A DNA stretch of 32,607 bases, taken from a virus. Lineage: Duplodnaviria; Caudoviricetes. Numbering within the stretch: the stretch's first letter is position 1; each line of letters starts with the position of its first letter. The notes below the pieces were generated by a model. That model did no database searches, was not told the origin of the DNA, and saw nothing but the letters and a program-made list of their open reading frames with translations. Of the stretch, positions 6,693 through 15,697 are shown in pieces. Location of the stretch: positions 1 to 32,607 of the IMG/VR virus record IMGVR_UViG_3300032170_000043. One strand, written 5' to 3'. Made by a program: the position numbers and the translations under genes.

Positions 6693-8218
6693 TGAAAAGT
6701 GAACTTCTCGGTATGCGTAAGGAGGCTAAGAGAAGTTTATTTTACCTTGCTAGATTCATACTTGGGTATGATTTTCTCATAGAGCATTTTCACAAACCCA
6801 TCTGTGATTTTGTGCAGGATATGACTATTCATAGGAAACTCGTGAGGATGCCCAGAGGGTTTTTGAAAACTACCATTTGCTCTCAAGCATTTCCTATCTG
6901 GCTTACTATTAATACTCCTAATGTGCGTGTTCTCCTTACTAATATGGTCTATGATAATGCTGCCAAAAATGTCCATGTGATAAGAGGTCATTGGCAGGGG
7001 AATAAACGTTTAAGAGAGTTATTTCCAGAGTTAATTCCTAACTTTAGAATTAACAGGTGGTCCGATGCGTGTGCTGAGGTTCGTCGTCCTGCAAATTATG
7101 ATGTTGGCACTTACGAAAGTATTGGGGTTGGTGGGAGTAAAATCGGATCGCACTATAATTTTATTATTGAGGATGATCTTGTGGGGGTTAAGAAAGATTC
7201 TTTGAGTGGACAGGAGATACTTCCTAACGTTGATGATATACAAAAGGCAATTGGATGGCACGGATTAGCACTTAATTTGTTAGTTAACCCAAAAGAAGAT
7301 TACATCATAAATGTAGGCACTCGCTGGGGTCAGTATGACCTTATTAGACACGTTATAGATAACCAACCCTATTACAAACGATTTGAGATGGATGCAGTAG
7401 AGATGAATGAAAAGGGGGATATTCTTACTGATAGCAAAGGAAATTGGATACCGACTTATCCAGAAAGATTCCCTCTAGAAGTCCTAGAAGAGATTAGAGA
7501 AGAACAGGGTGATTATATCTTCTCTATGATGTATTTAGGCAAGCCTTATAACGTTGAAGATATGATATTCAGGGATGAGTGGATTAAAAACTTTGAGGGA
7601 AGCCTCCCAGAAGGGAAGTTATATGCAGGGTTAGATGCTGCCTTTGCCAAAGAGAGACGCTCAGACTTTACCGCTATTCCCTTAGTTCATATTTCGACAG
7701 ATAAGGAGTTTAGAGTTCATCATTATGTTAGAGCTAAGTTAAATCCTACGCAGATTATTGACAATATATTTCAACTTAAAGATACACATAAATTTGAGTG
7801 GATAGCAATGGAGAAGTCCACTTATGAACAGACTCTCAAACACTATATAGATTTAAGGAATAGAGATAGAGTCAAGGATGGTCTATTGCCTGTAATTGTT
7901 AAACCTGTTAAGAGGCCAAAAGGGATGGACAAGGCTATGCATATCCGAGCCTTACAGCCTCTTTGTATGGCAGAGAAGTTCTATATCCGCCCACATATGA
8001 GAGAGTTAAGAAACGAGTTTAGAGAGTTTATAGGGACAGATACGGGTGGGCACGATGATATATTGGATGCAATTGCTGACATCTTTCATCTCGTTCACTA
8101 TCCACAAAAGTCAGCACCTCTTCAGGTAAGAGACCCTTTCAGTGTGGAGGCGGTCTTGGATGAGCTTTTAGAGAAACCTTATGGGGTTGGAAGAAAGAGA
8201 CAGTTAATAGAGCATTAA
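6692..8218 (+). CDS. terL: Terminase large subunit
   Basis: Walker A-like MPRGFLKTT, Walker B FIIEDD and VGTRW motif. RNase H-like nuclease residues GLDAA..SDFTA..HDDILDA. Confidence 0.95.
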   Translation: MKSELLGMRKEAKRSLFYLARFILGYDFLIEHFHKPICDFVQDMTIHRKLVRMPRGFLKTTICSQAFPIWLTINTPNVRVLLTNMVYDNAAKNVHVIRGHWQGNKRLRELFPELIPNFRINRWSDACAEVRRPANYDVGTYESIGVGGSKIGSHYNFIIEDDLVGVKKDSLSGQEILPNVDDIQKAIGWHGLALNLLVNPKEDYIINVGTRWGQYDLIRHVIDNQPYYKRFEMDAVEMNEKGDILTDSKGNWIPTYPERFPLEVLEEIREEQGDYIFSMMYLGKPYNVEDMIFRDEWIKNFEGSLPEGKLYAGLDAAFAKERRSDFTAIPLVHISTDKEFRVHHYVRAKLNPTQIIDNIFQLKDTHKFEWIAMEKSTYEQTLKHYIDLRNRDRVKDGLLPVIVKPVKRPKGMDKAMHIRALQPLCMAEKFYIRPHMRELRNEFREFIGTDTGGHDDILDAIADIFHLVHYPQKSAPLQVRDPFSVEAVLDELLEKPYGVGRKRQLIEH

Positions 8219-8230
8219 AGGAGGAAATAA

Positions 8231-8539
8231 ATGCCATTAAAAGTTCAACAGCAAATAAGTCTAGTGGTAAGTGCAAGTACTGACACACAGTTGGTAACTG
8301 TACCAGGAGAATTGACGGGAATTCTTATTTTAAGTGATGCAGATACAACTAATAACCCAACGGTTAGACTCTACGATGGAACAGGCACGGGGGGAACGAG
8401 AATGTTTGATTACACTCTTGATATTGATGTAGAGGGAATAGATAAATATATTCCGTTGCCTAACATAAGATTTGCTACTGGTCTATATCTGGATATTGCT
8501 GGAGCTAATGCGGATTGTATTGCATTTTATAGGAAGTAA
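8231..8539 (+). CDS. Small beta-rich virion protein (putative)
   Basis: Strong AGGAGG SD; beta-strand composition (VRLYDGT..IRFATGLY); position in the late operon. Confidence 0.6.
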   Translation: MPLKVQQQISLVVSASTDTQLVTVPGELTGILILSDADTTNNPTVRLYDGTGTGGTRMFDYTLDIDVEGIDKYIPLPNIRFATGLYLDIAGANADCIAFYRK

Positions 8540-8544
8540 GGAAG

Positions 8545-9279
8545 ATGCCAGGAATAGATAGCGATACAAAATTAATGCTTCATTGTAATGGAGATGATGG
8601 TTCAACTAGCTTTCCCGATGTGTCGGATTCTGAGCACACCATAAATGTAACTGCTACCGCAGAGGTAGATACTGCCCAAAGTAAGTGGGGTGGGGCATCA
8701 GCATTATTTGATGGGGATAGTGGCTATTTATCCGCCGATGATAGTGCTGATTGGGATATATGTGCAAGTAATTCTGATGATTGGACAATTGATTTTCAGG
8801 TAAAACATACTGATCATGTAGGCGTAGAACTATATATAAACCAATTTGAAAATGCTGATGAGCTTTGGGCGATTTGGCACGTTCATGAAGAAGGACTACG
8901 ATTTCTACTTAGGTATGGGGCTACTAATATGATATATCCAGCGGGTGGTGGAGAAATTGCGGATACCAACTGGCATCATATTGCTTTCTGTAAAGTTGGC
9001 TCTGAATATGGACTATACAAAGATGGAACACAGGTTAGTTATATAAGTGATGCTGATACGCATACTTTTACTGGTTCTTTATACATTGGAGCTAGAGGAG
9101 ATCCTAATTATTATTTTGATGGCCACATGGATGAGATAAGAATACAGCATAGTAATATTTTTGAGGCAGCTCCTAACGATACGCCCGATAATACAATTAC
9201 AGTTCCAACGTGTGAATATACTAGAGATTTATCTATAAGCGTAAGTGAATGTCTTGATTTAGATGAAAAACTGGTTTAA
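8545..9279 (+). CDS. LamG/concanavalin A-like lectin-domain protein
   Basis: KLMLHCNG..KWGGASALFDG..DWTIDF..WHHIAF..LYKDG..LYIG..FDGHMDEIRI pattern. Confidence 0.85.
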   Translation: MPGIDSDTKLMLHCNGDDGSTSFPDVSDSEHTINVTATAEVDTAQSKWGGASALFDGDSGYLSADDSADWDICASNSDDWTIDFQVKHTDHVGVELYINQFENADELWAIWHVHEEGLRFLLRYGATNMIYPAGGGEIADTNWHHIAFCKVGSEYGLYKDGTQVSYISDADTHTFTGSLYIGARGDPNYYFDGHMDEIRIQHSNIFEAAPNDTPDNTITVPTCEYTRDLSISVSECLDLDEKLV

Positions 9280-9293
9280 GCGAGGTGGAATAA

Positions 9294-9785
9294 ATGAGTA
9301 AAGAAGGATTAAAAATTGAGGGATTTAGTAGAGTGCGGATTATGGAGAATGGCAAGATAAAAGGTGATAGTGGATGGTGTGGGCCAAATCAACTTACCAA
9401 CGATGGGATTAGAATGTTTCTCTGTGCTCGCTTGGGAACAGAAAGTGGTTCTCTAAATGTTACTCACGCAGGTCTAGGAACAGGAAGCGCACCAGCCAGT
9501 AATGCGACAGCTCTAGTAGGTGCGGTTTCTGGAACTGGAAATGTAGTTATCAGAGCAGCTGTGGCTGCTGCCAGCGATGCTTCAACTACTGAAGTATTTA
9601 CCGCTACTTTTGCCTCTAGTAATAAGTTTGTAACTACGAGTGAGAATATCTCCTGTGTAGGATTATTCGGACATTCCAGTAGTGCTGCAACAGTTTTTGC
9701 GGGAAATACCTATGCATCTAGCACCTGTGCGACTAATCAGGATGTTCATTCAAGTTATGAAATCCGCTTCTCTACTTCAGCATAA
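9294..9785 (+). CDS. Fibre/collar-type virion protein (putative)
   Basis: NQLTNDG..HAGLGTG..ATAL..ISCVGLF pattern typical of fibre-attachment proteins; Ser/Thr/Ala/Gly rich. Confidence 0.55.
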   Translation: MSKEGLKIEGFSRVRIMENGKIKGDSGWCGPNQLTNDGIRMFLCARLGTESGSLNVTHAGLGTGSAPASNATALVGAVSGTGNVVIRAAVAAASDASTTEVFTATFASSNKFVTTSENISCVGLFGHSSSAATVFAGNTYASSTCATNQDVHSSYEIRFSTSA

Positions 9786-10267
9786 TGAAGATTGATAAAT
9801 ATAAAGGAATTTGCCTCAGTATCGGGTGTGGTAGAAAAAAGGAAAATCCCAACTTTGTTGGAATGGATAAAAGGAAACTCCCAGGTGTGGATATTATCCA
9901 TGACCTAGAAGTCTTTCCTTATCCTCTACCTGATGAGTGTTGTATAACAATAGTTGGCACACATATTATTGAACATATAAAGCCCTGGCTCATTATTGAT
10001 TTTATGGATGAGCTGTGGCGGATAATGAAGCTCAAGGGTAGGTTAGCTCTTTCAACTCCCTATGCAGGTTCATCTATATACTGGCAAGACCCAACTCACT
10101 GCACGGGATTTAACGAAACTAGCTTTACTTATTTTGACCCTCGTTTTCCAGCTTATAAGGATGGTTATAGACCAAAACCCTGGAAGATACTAAAGGGGTT
10201 CCCCGTCTGGCAGGCAAACGGAATGCTAGAGATTGTGATGGAGAAGGTAAAAGATGGAAATTCCTGA
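9785..10267 (+). CDS. Class I SAM-dependent methyltransferase-like protein
   Basis: Motif I-like LSIGCG, then GMDKR, HDLE and HIIEHI..MDELWRIMKLKG..STP..DPTH. Confidence 0.85.
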   Translation: MKIDKYKGICLSIGCGRKKENPNFVGMDKRKLPGVDIIHDLEVFPYPLPDECCITIVGTHIIEHIKPWLIIDFMDELWRIMKLKGRLALSTPYAGSSIYWQDPTHCTGFNETSFTYFDPRFPAYKDGYRPKPWKILKGFPVWQANGMLEIVMEKVKDGNS

Positions 10268-11033
10268 GCAAACTGCGAGCAAACGCATAATGATTGGAGT
10301 CCCTATGACGGGACTTGTTCGTGCTGAATGGATGCTTGCTCGTTATGGTCAAACTATCCCCTGTAATTGGTCTCAACTTGACGCTATCCAATGGATTTCT
10401 ACTAATGCACCGCTCCGTTACTTAGTGGCTGATGCTCGTAATATCCTAGCTACTACTTTTATTCAAAAAGAGTATGAATGGCTCTTTTTTATAGACCACG
10501 ATGTAATGTTGCCTAATGGTACTTTGATGCAGTGGGATGAGCGGATGCTCAAGTGCGATGTGCCTGTCTGGTCTGGACTCTATTTCTGTAAGGCTGTTCC
10601 CGCTACTCCTCTTATTTATAGGGGCAGGGGCAATAGTTATTACAATAAATGGAAGATGGGCGATTTGGTCTGGGCTGATGGTATTCCAATGGGCTGCACA
10701 ATGATACACAAATCCATTATGAAAGTTTTGTATGATGAGAGCGAGTGGTATCAGCCTAAGAGTGGTATAAATGTTAAAAAGATATTTGAGACTCCCAGAG
10801 ACACGTGGTATAGCACAAGTGAAAATGCCTGGCATAACTCTGGAGGGACTGAGGACTTATTTTGGTGCACCAGAGTTATGAAAGAGAATATTTTTAAAAA
10901 GGCTGGTTGGGCTAAATATCAAAGAAAGAAATATCCCTTTTTAGTTGATACGAAAATTTTCTGTAGACACATAAACTTCGATGGTCAGCAATTTCCAAGC
11001 GAAGGGGAAGAATTACAATTTGTAAGGAAGTAA
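10254..11033 (+). CDS. GT-A fold (GT2-like) glycosyltransferase
   Basis: IMIGVP start, ARN, DxD motif FFIDHD, SGLY, GMG-like PMGCTMI, TEDLFWC and VDT..CRH. Confidence 0.85.
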   Translation: MEIPEQTASKRIMIGVPMTGLVRAEWMLARYGQTIPCNWSQLDAIQWISTNAPLRYLVADARNILATTFIQKEYEWLFFIDHDVMLPNGTLMQWDERMLKCDVPVWSGLYFCKAVPATPLIYRGRGNSYYNKWKMGDLVWADGIPMGCTMIHKSIMKVLYDESEWYQPKSGINVKKIFETPRDTWYSTSENAWHNSGGTEDLFWCTRVMKENIFKKAGWAKYQRKKYPFLVDTKIFCRHINFDGQQFPSEGEELQFVRK

Positions 11034-11034
11034 T

Positions 11035-12378
11035 ATGGGCGTAACAGTCCAAGAAAATGTAGCAGTAGCCGTCTGCCTAGCAGCTTTGACCATAAGTGTA
11101 TCTGATGCAGTTAGTGTAAATGAAGCAGTTACAACTCGATTTCCATTCCACAATGTTTCTGTATCCGATACCACAACTGTTACTGAAGATGTTAAACCTA
11201 ATCTAATTCTCAAGATTAGGCCAATAACTACACCTGGAGTTCAACTGTGGAGCAAGTTAGGTTCTGATTCCGAGATTACTTCACCTGCCTATGGCACAGG
11301 TGGGGCTATAGTTGGTTCTCCTACGTATAATGGCGGTAAGTTTGGAAATGGAATAGAGATTGATGTTGATAATGAAGGATGCACCTTTCCTACTAGCGAT
11401 AACAATATCAATATTGACAAAGGAGCAATAGAATTTTGGGCTAAGTTAAACTTTTCTCCAACTGACGCCGATCTTCATTGTCTTTTTGACTTCTACGATG
11501 GCAGTAATGGGGGTATTCGTCTCTATTTTGACCCTGATGATGATGATTTTTATGTTTATGTCCATTCTGGAGGCCCTGGAGTAGCTTCGTGCGTAACCGT
11601 TGGATTATCGTGGAGTGCAGGCGATATTTTACACTTTGCCGTAACATGGGATAGGGAAGGAATTGCTCTTGGAGACTCGAAAACACTTGTTCTTTATGTT
11701 GACAATATAGAGAAGGGTAGTTCAACGACCACGTGGAGTATAGATACAGTTAATGCCAATTTGTATATTGGCACTACTTATACAGGAATTTTATACGCAG
11801 ATGCAGTAATAGACAATCTCAAAACTTTTAATATCTGTAAAACTGATTTTAGTGATAAAGATACCGAAGGAATTGCCAGTGGCCCCGCTGAGTCAATTAT
11901 AGCATCTGAGTTTGTAAGTACTGCTATCCCAGGGCCACAGATAAGCGTTTATGACACTGTATCTCTTACAGAAAGTGTAAGTGCAGCATTTCCAGGCGTT
12001 GCACTTTTAATTGATATTTACGATGAAGTAACTCTTACTGAGAGTATTGCACGGACTCTTGTTAACCTCATTTCTGTTAATGATAGTATTACGGTTGCCG
12101 AAGCTGTTTCTCTTTTATTGCCATTTTTGAACATTGATGTTTCTGATTCGGCATCTCTTACTGAGTCTATTACTGCTCTAAATCCATTTTTAAATATTGA
12201 TACCTCTGATTCTGTGGCTGTCTCAGAGGCATATAGGGCTATATTTGGATGGATAACTGAGGCAATAATTACAACTACCTGGACAGATGTTAGTCCAAGT
12301 GCAACTACGTGGGAAGATGTAAGTCCAGATACCGCTACATGGACAGATGTAGATAAGCCAGATAAGTGGTATCCGTAA
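11035..12378 (+). CDS. Fibre-like protein with internal LamG domain and Ser/Thr-rich repeats
   Basis: LamG core (GKFGNG..GAIEFW..HFAVTWD..LYVD..LYIG..IDNLK). At least 7 [IV]xVxDx[VI]x[VL]xEx[VI]-type repeats flank it, and three TW[TE]DV repeats end the protein. Confidence 0.8.
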   Translation: MGVTVQENVAVAVCLAALTISVSDAVSVNEAVTTRFPFHNVSVSDTTTVTEDVKPNLILKIRPITTPGVQLWSKLGSDSEITSPAYGTGGAIVGSPTYNGGKFGNGIEIDVDNEGCTFPTSDNNINIDKGAIEFWAKLNFSPTDADLHCLFDFYDGSNGGIRLYFDPDDDDFYVYVHSGGPGVASCVTVGLSWSAGDILHFAVTWDREGIALGDSKTLVLYVDNIEKGSSTTTWSIDTVNANLYIGTTYTGILYADAVIDNLKTFNICKTDFSDKDTEGIASGPAESIIASEFVSTAIPGPQISVYDTVSLTESVSAAFPGVALLIDIYDEVTLTESIARTLVNLISVNDSITVAEAVSLLLPFLNIDVSDSASLTESITALNPFLNIDTSDSVAVSEAYRAIFGWITEAIITTTWTDVSPSATTWEDVSPDTATWTDVDKPDKWYP

Positions 12379-12391
12379 AAGGAGGATAAAA

Positions 12392-12592
12392 ATGCCTTAT
12401 GTCAGAAAGGGAAAAACTGTGTATAAGAAGGTCAATGGTTTGAAGAAGAAAGGGAAGGCTAAGAGTACTAAAAAAGCGAAGCGTTACCTTAATTTATTGA
12501 GAGCGGTTGAGCATGGCGATTGGAGACCCACAGGAAAACCTGCTAGGGATATAAGGAAAAGTGCGTGGAAGGGTGGTAAAAGGAGAAAATAA
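12392..12592 (+). CDS. Small highly basic protein
   Basis: AGGAGG SD; Lys/Arg rich (MPYVRKGK..KAKRYLNLLRAVEH). Confidence 0.75.
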   Translation: MPYVRKGKTVYKKVNGLKKKGKAKSTKKAKRYLNLLRAVEHGDWRPTGKPARDIRKSAWKGGKRRK

Positions 12593-12717
12593 TGGGCTAT
12601 CAACGAAAAGGAGTCAGAACAGGGCTTGGCCCATATAAGACCTCATATATTAGAAAGCAGGGTGGTAGTATAGGAAGGCGTAGAAAAGCTGGAGTAAAAT
12701 GTCCTAAAAGGAAATAG
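12592..12717 (+). CDS. Small basic Gly/Arg/Lys-rich peptide, 41 aa
   Basis: Translated by hand: MGYQRKGVRTGLGPYKTSYIRKQGGSIGRRRKAGVKCPKRK. AGGAG SD and TAATG overlap; ends 2 nt before the portal. Confidence 0.65.
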   Translation: MGYQRKGVRTGLGPYKTSYIRKQGGSIGRRRKAGVKCPKRK

Positions 12718-12719
12718 AT

Positions 12720-14420
12720 ATGCCTAGAATGACTACAGCAGACCAACTTACATATTGGAAGTCTCAAATACGTAGAGGTATTGCATATCAGGAAAAGTTT
12801 GCTGAGAAAAAGCGTTGGAAGGATTACTATAATTATTACTGGGGAAAATATAAGTCAGATGTATATGCAGTCAACAAAGTCTTCAGTATGCTTCGTTCTC
12901 TTATCCCCAGAGTCTATTTTCGTAATCCCAGGCTCATTGTAAGTCCTAAGCGTCCTGAGTTTGAAATGCGAGCTGTTGTAGTTCAGGCTGTGAATAATCT
13001 ACTGATTAAAGAGCTTATGATGAAGGAGACTACGAAAAAGATTATCCAGGATGCCTTCTTCTGTAATAGGGGCATAGTTAAAATTGGGTATGACAGACAA
13101 TATGGTTCAATTCCAGACTATATGAGTAAAGCCTTCCCTTCTGAGGAGGCTATTGAGTACGATGTAACTGTTAAACCTGATATGCCCTGGGTATTACGCA
13201 CTAATCCTGAACACTTTATTGTACCCTGGGGGGCGGACTCACTCAAAAACATTCCCTGGGTGGCTCATAAGATTGTAAGACTCTTAGAGGATGTAAGAAA
13301 AGACCCTATCTATGAAAATACAGCTAAGTTGAAGGGTGGCTATGAGAGGGAGCTTAGGGGGGTTAAAGAGGCAGAAGTAGGTATATCTGAGACTACTCTT
13401 ACCTCACAGACAGAGACTATAAAGGAATATCAAGTAAGTGACGAAGCCTGGGTTGAGATATGGGAGATAAGAGACTTGAAGCACGGTAAAATACTTGCTC
13501 TTAACCTTGACCACGATAAATTCCTTCGCCGTCCTGTGGATGATGATTTGCAGGGGGATGGTGCACCTTTTGAGGATGTATGTTTTAACCCTGATAATGA
13601 TGTCTATTGGGGGCCGTCTGATATGCGTATCCTGGAACCTCTACAGAATGAACTCAATGAAGTTCGTACACAGATGTCCAAGCATAGAAAGATTAACCTG
13701 CTTAAATTCTTATTTAACGATAAATTTACTCCTGAGCAGGTGCAGAAATTTCTAAGTGGAGATGTGGGTGGAGCAGAGATAGTACCTGACCTTACCAGAG
13801 ATGATGTAGTTGTTATCCAGCCTGGTGAGCCTATCCAGCTTGGGAATGATGCGATGGGTGTAGAGAGAGATATAAGAGAGAGCGTAGGGTTTGCCAGGAC
13901 AGAAGAAGGTGAATATGCTGGCCCACCTCGTAGAACAAAAGCTGAGATACAGGCAGTTCAGCAAGCTCACTGGATACGAATTGATGAGAGACGTGACATT
14001 GTTGCCGATTTCCTTATAAGAGTAATGGAAAAGGTTAATACCATTATTTTTGAAAGGTGGGATCAGGCTCGTGTTGCACCCATTGTTGGCCCAGATAATG
14101 CTATACATTGGGTACAGTTCACTGGCCCAGAGATAGCAGGGGATTATGACCTATCCATAGATATTGATACAGGCAAACCTGTTACTACTGAAATCAAAAG
14201 GGCTGAGGCAGAACACTTACTTAATATGCTCACAGCAAATCCTATTCTCGTTGAACATATCAATCCAGTTGAGTTGACCAGAAATGTCCTGAAACTCTAT
14301 GACTGGGTAGATACGGATAAAGTTCTTATGAGTCAGCAAGCTCAACAAGGTCAAGGAGGCCCTCCTCAAATTGAACAACTAGGTGCATTTGCATCATTCT
14401 TTGGGAGAGGTGGAAGATGA
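12720..14420 (+). CDS. Portal protein
   Basis: 566 aa. YAVNKVFS..PRVYFRNP, GIVKIGY, VEIWEI and YWGPSD..LEPLQNELN, ..RTKAE patterns of podovirus-type portals; upstream of scaffold and capsid. Confidence 0.9.
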   Translation: MPRMTTADQLTYWKSQIRRGIAYQEKFAEKKRWKDYYNYYWGKYKSDVYAVNKVFSMLRSLIPRVYFRNPRLIVSPKRPEFEMRAVVVQAVNNLLIKELMMKETTKKIIQDAFFCNRGIVKIGYDRQYGSIPDYMSKAFPSEEAIEYDVTVKPDMPWVLRTNPEHFIVPWGADSLKNIPWVAHKIVRLLEDVRKDPIYENTAKLKGGYERELRGVKEAEVGISETTLTSQTETIKEYQVSDEAWVEIWEIRDLKHGKILALNLDHDKFLRRPVDDDLQGDGAPFEDVCFNPDNDVYWGPSDMRILEPLQNELNEVRTQMSKHRKINLLKFLFNDKFTPEQVQKFLSGDVGGAEIVPDLTRDDVVVIQPGEPIQLGNDAMGVERDIRESVGFARTEEGEYAGPPRRTKAEIQAVQQAHWIRIDERRDIVADFLIRVMEKVNTIIFERWDQARVAPIVGPDNAIHWVQFTGPEIAGDYDLSIDIDTGKPVTTEIKRAEAEHLLNMLTANPILVEHINPVELTRNVLKLYDWVDTDKVLMSQQAQQGQGGPPQIEQLGAFASFFGRGGR

Positions 14421-14449
14421 GACGAATATGAGACGAATATGAGACGAAT
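14417..14449 (+). repeat. Three perfect tandem copies of ATGAGACGAAT
   Basis: Copies at 14417-14427, 14428-14438 and 14439-14449. Confidence 0.95.
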
Positions 14450-14678
14450 AATAGGTTATATAAAAGACGGTAAATATATAAGGTGTGATGTTGTAAAGAA
14501 AGGGAAAGGTGTTGGGGATGCAGAACACGTTGGGGGAGCATTTGATAAGGAGAAGGGATATTGGGAAAGTTTAGGTGATGAGGAAGATAGGGATACACAT
14601 ATAGAAACCAAAGCACAGCTTAGAAAAGTTTGTGAGAAAAAAGGACTTAGAAGTAAATATTTAGAAGATAGTATGTAA
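14439..14678 (+). CDS. Small hypothetical protein downstream of portal
   Basis: 79-aa ORF in the operon direction (GYWESLG..HIETKAQLRKVC). Confidence 0.7.
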   Translation: MRRIIGYIKDGKYIRCDVVKKGKGVGDAEHVGGAFDKEKGYWESLGDEEDRDTHIETKAQLRKVCEKKGLRSKYLEDSM

Positions 14679-14679
14679 A

Positions 14680-14750
14680 GAGGGAGCTTCATACCAGCCA
14701 GGATAAGAAAGCTCCCCCAGACAAGGAGAATCACTACGAACCCCCTGTCT
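14680..14750 (-). ncRNA. Candidate antisense small RNA with two hairpins
   Basis: Two adjacent 10-bp stems. Their plus-strand A.C mismatches become G-U pairs on the minus strand, and they begin 7 nt after a minus-strand -10 box. Confidence 0.5.
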
Positions 14751-14756
14751 ATTTTA

Positions 14757-14784
14757 ATAATAGTAAATTAAACAAAATTGTCAA
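14757..14784 (-). promoter_or_regulatory. Antisense sigma70-like promoter TTGACA-N16-TATTAT
   Basis: Direct match in an AT-rich intergenic gap. Confidence 0.6.
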
Positions 14785-14799
14785 GTAAGGAGGCGATTT

Positions 14800-15030
14800 A
14801 TGGCAAAGATGGGTAAGCCCCTAAAAAGAATGAGGGCACTCGGGGAGTATGATAAACGTTTAACTCTCCTCATTAAACCTAACAGCTTTGAATATAAGTT
14901 TGAACCAGAGCTTTGGGTTGGAGGAGATGTTAGGGGAGCGATTAAAATTTTAAGACAAGCATATCGCTTATATAAACGTGATATGGCGAAAAAAATGGAG
15001 GTAAAGAACGATGGCGAACAACGAACCTAA
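14800..15030 (+). CDS. Hypothetical protein
   Basis: Strong TAAGGAGG SD; overlaps the scaffold start. Confidence 0.7.
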   Translation: MAKMGKPLKRMRALGEYDKRLTLLIKPNSFEYKFEPELWVGGDVRGAIKILRQAYRLYKRDMAKKMEVKNDGEQRT

Positions 15031-15673
15031 AACTAATGCAACTCCTTCGGCGAGTGAAGGGGACAAAGACAAAAAGTATGAAGACGAAATCAAACAGCTT
15101 AAAGAGCAAAATGCTGGATTAGAGGGTAAGGTGTCTGACTTACAGGCGACAATCATAAGTCCAAACTACCAAGAGTTCATAAGGACTCAAAACCAACCCT
15201 CTTCACAATTTCAACCTGCATCGTTTGCTGCAGGACGCACTCAGTCTCCAACTGAGGAGATTGACCTTGAGTCTATGGATAGGAAACAATACTCACAATA
15301 TCTCATCAATGAGATGAAAAAAGTAGTTCAACCTAACATAGACGCTATCGGTCAGACTGTTAGACAGGGACTTCTGCAGAGTAGTATCGAGAAGGCAAAA
15401 ACTAAACATTCTGACTTTGATAACCACAAGGTTGCAATGGGTAAGACTGCGGCCAGGATTGAGGCGGGTGGATTGACTGCGGAGGATGTCTACAAAATAC
15501 AAACGTGGCAATCTCCTCAAAAAGAGGGAAAGGAAAAGGTAGAAACAAAGACTGAGAAGCCCACTGGGGGTGGAGCAGCACCTACTACAACTGAAAAGTT
15601 AACTCCTCAGCAAATTGCTTCTAAGGTTTGGGATGATAAAGGAGTAGACGAAAAGCATCCTACTGTGAGATAA
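15011..15673 (+). CDS. Capsid scaffolding protein (putative)
   Basis: Charged coiled-coil protein with a low-complexity tail, immediately upstream of the major capsid gene. Confidence 0.7.
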   Translation: MANNEPKTNATPSASEGDKDKKYEDEIKQLKEQNAGLEGKVSDLQATIISPNYQEFIRTQNQPSSQFQPASFAAGRTQSPTEEIDLESMDRKQYSQYLINEMKKVVQPNIDAIGQTVRQGLLQSSIEKAKTKHSDFDNHKVAMGKTAARIEAGGLTAEDVYKIQTWQSPQKEGKEKVETKTEKPTGGGAAPTTTEKLTPQQIASKVWDDKGVDEKHPTVR

Positions 15674-15697
15674 GTTCTTCATTAAATAGAGGATAAA

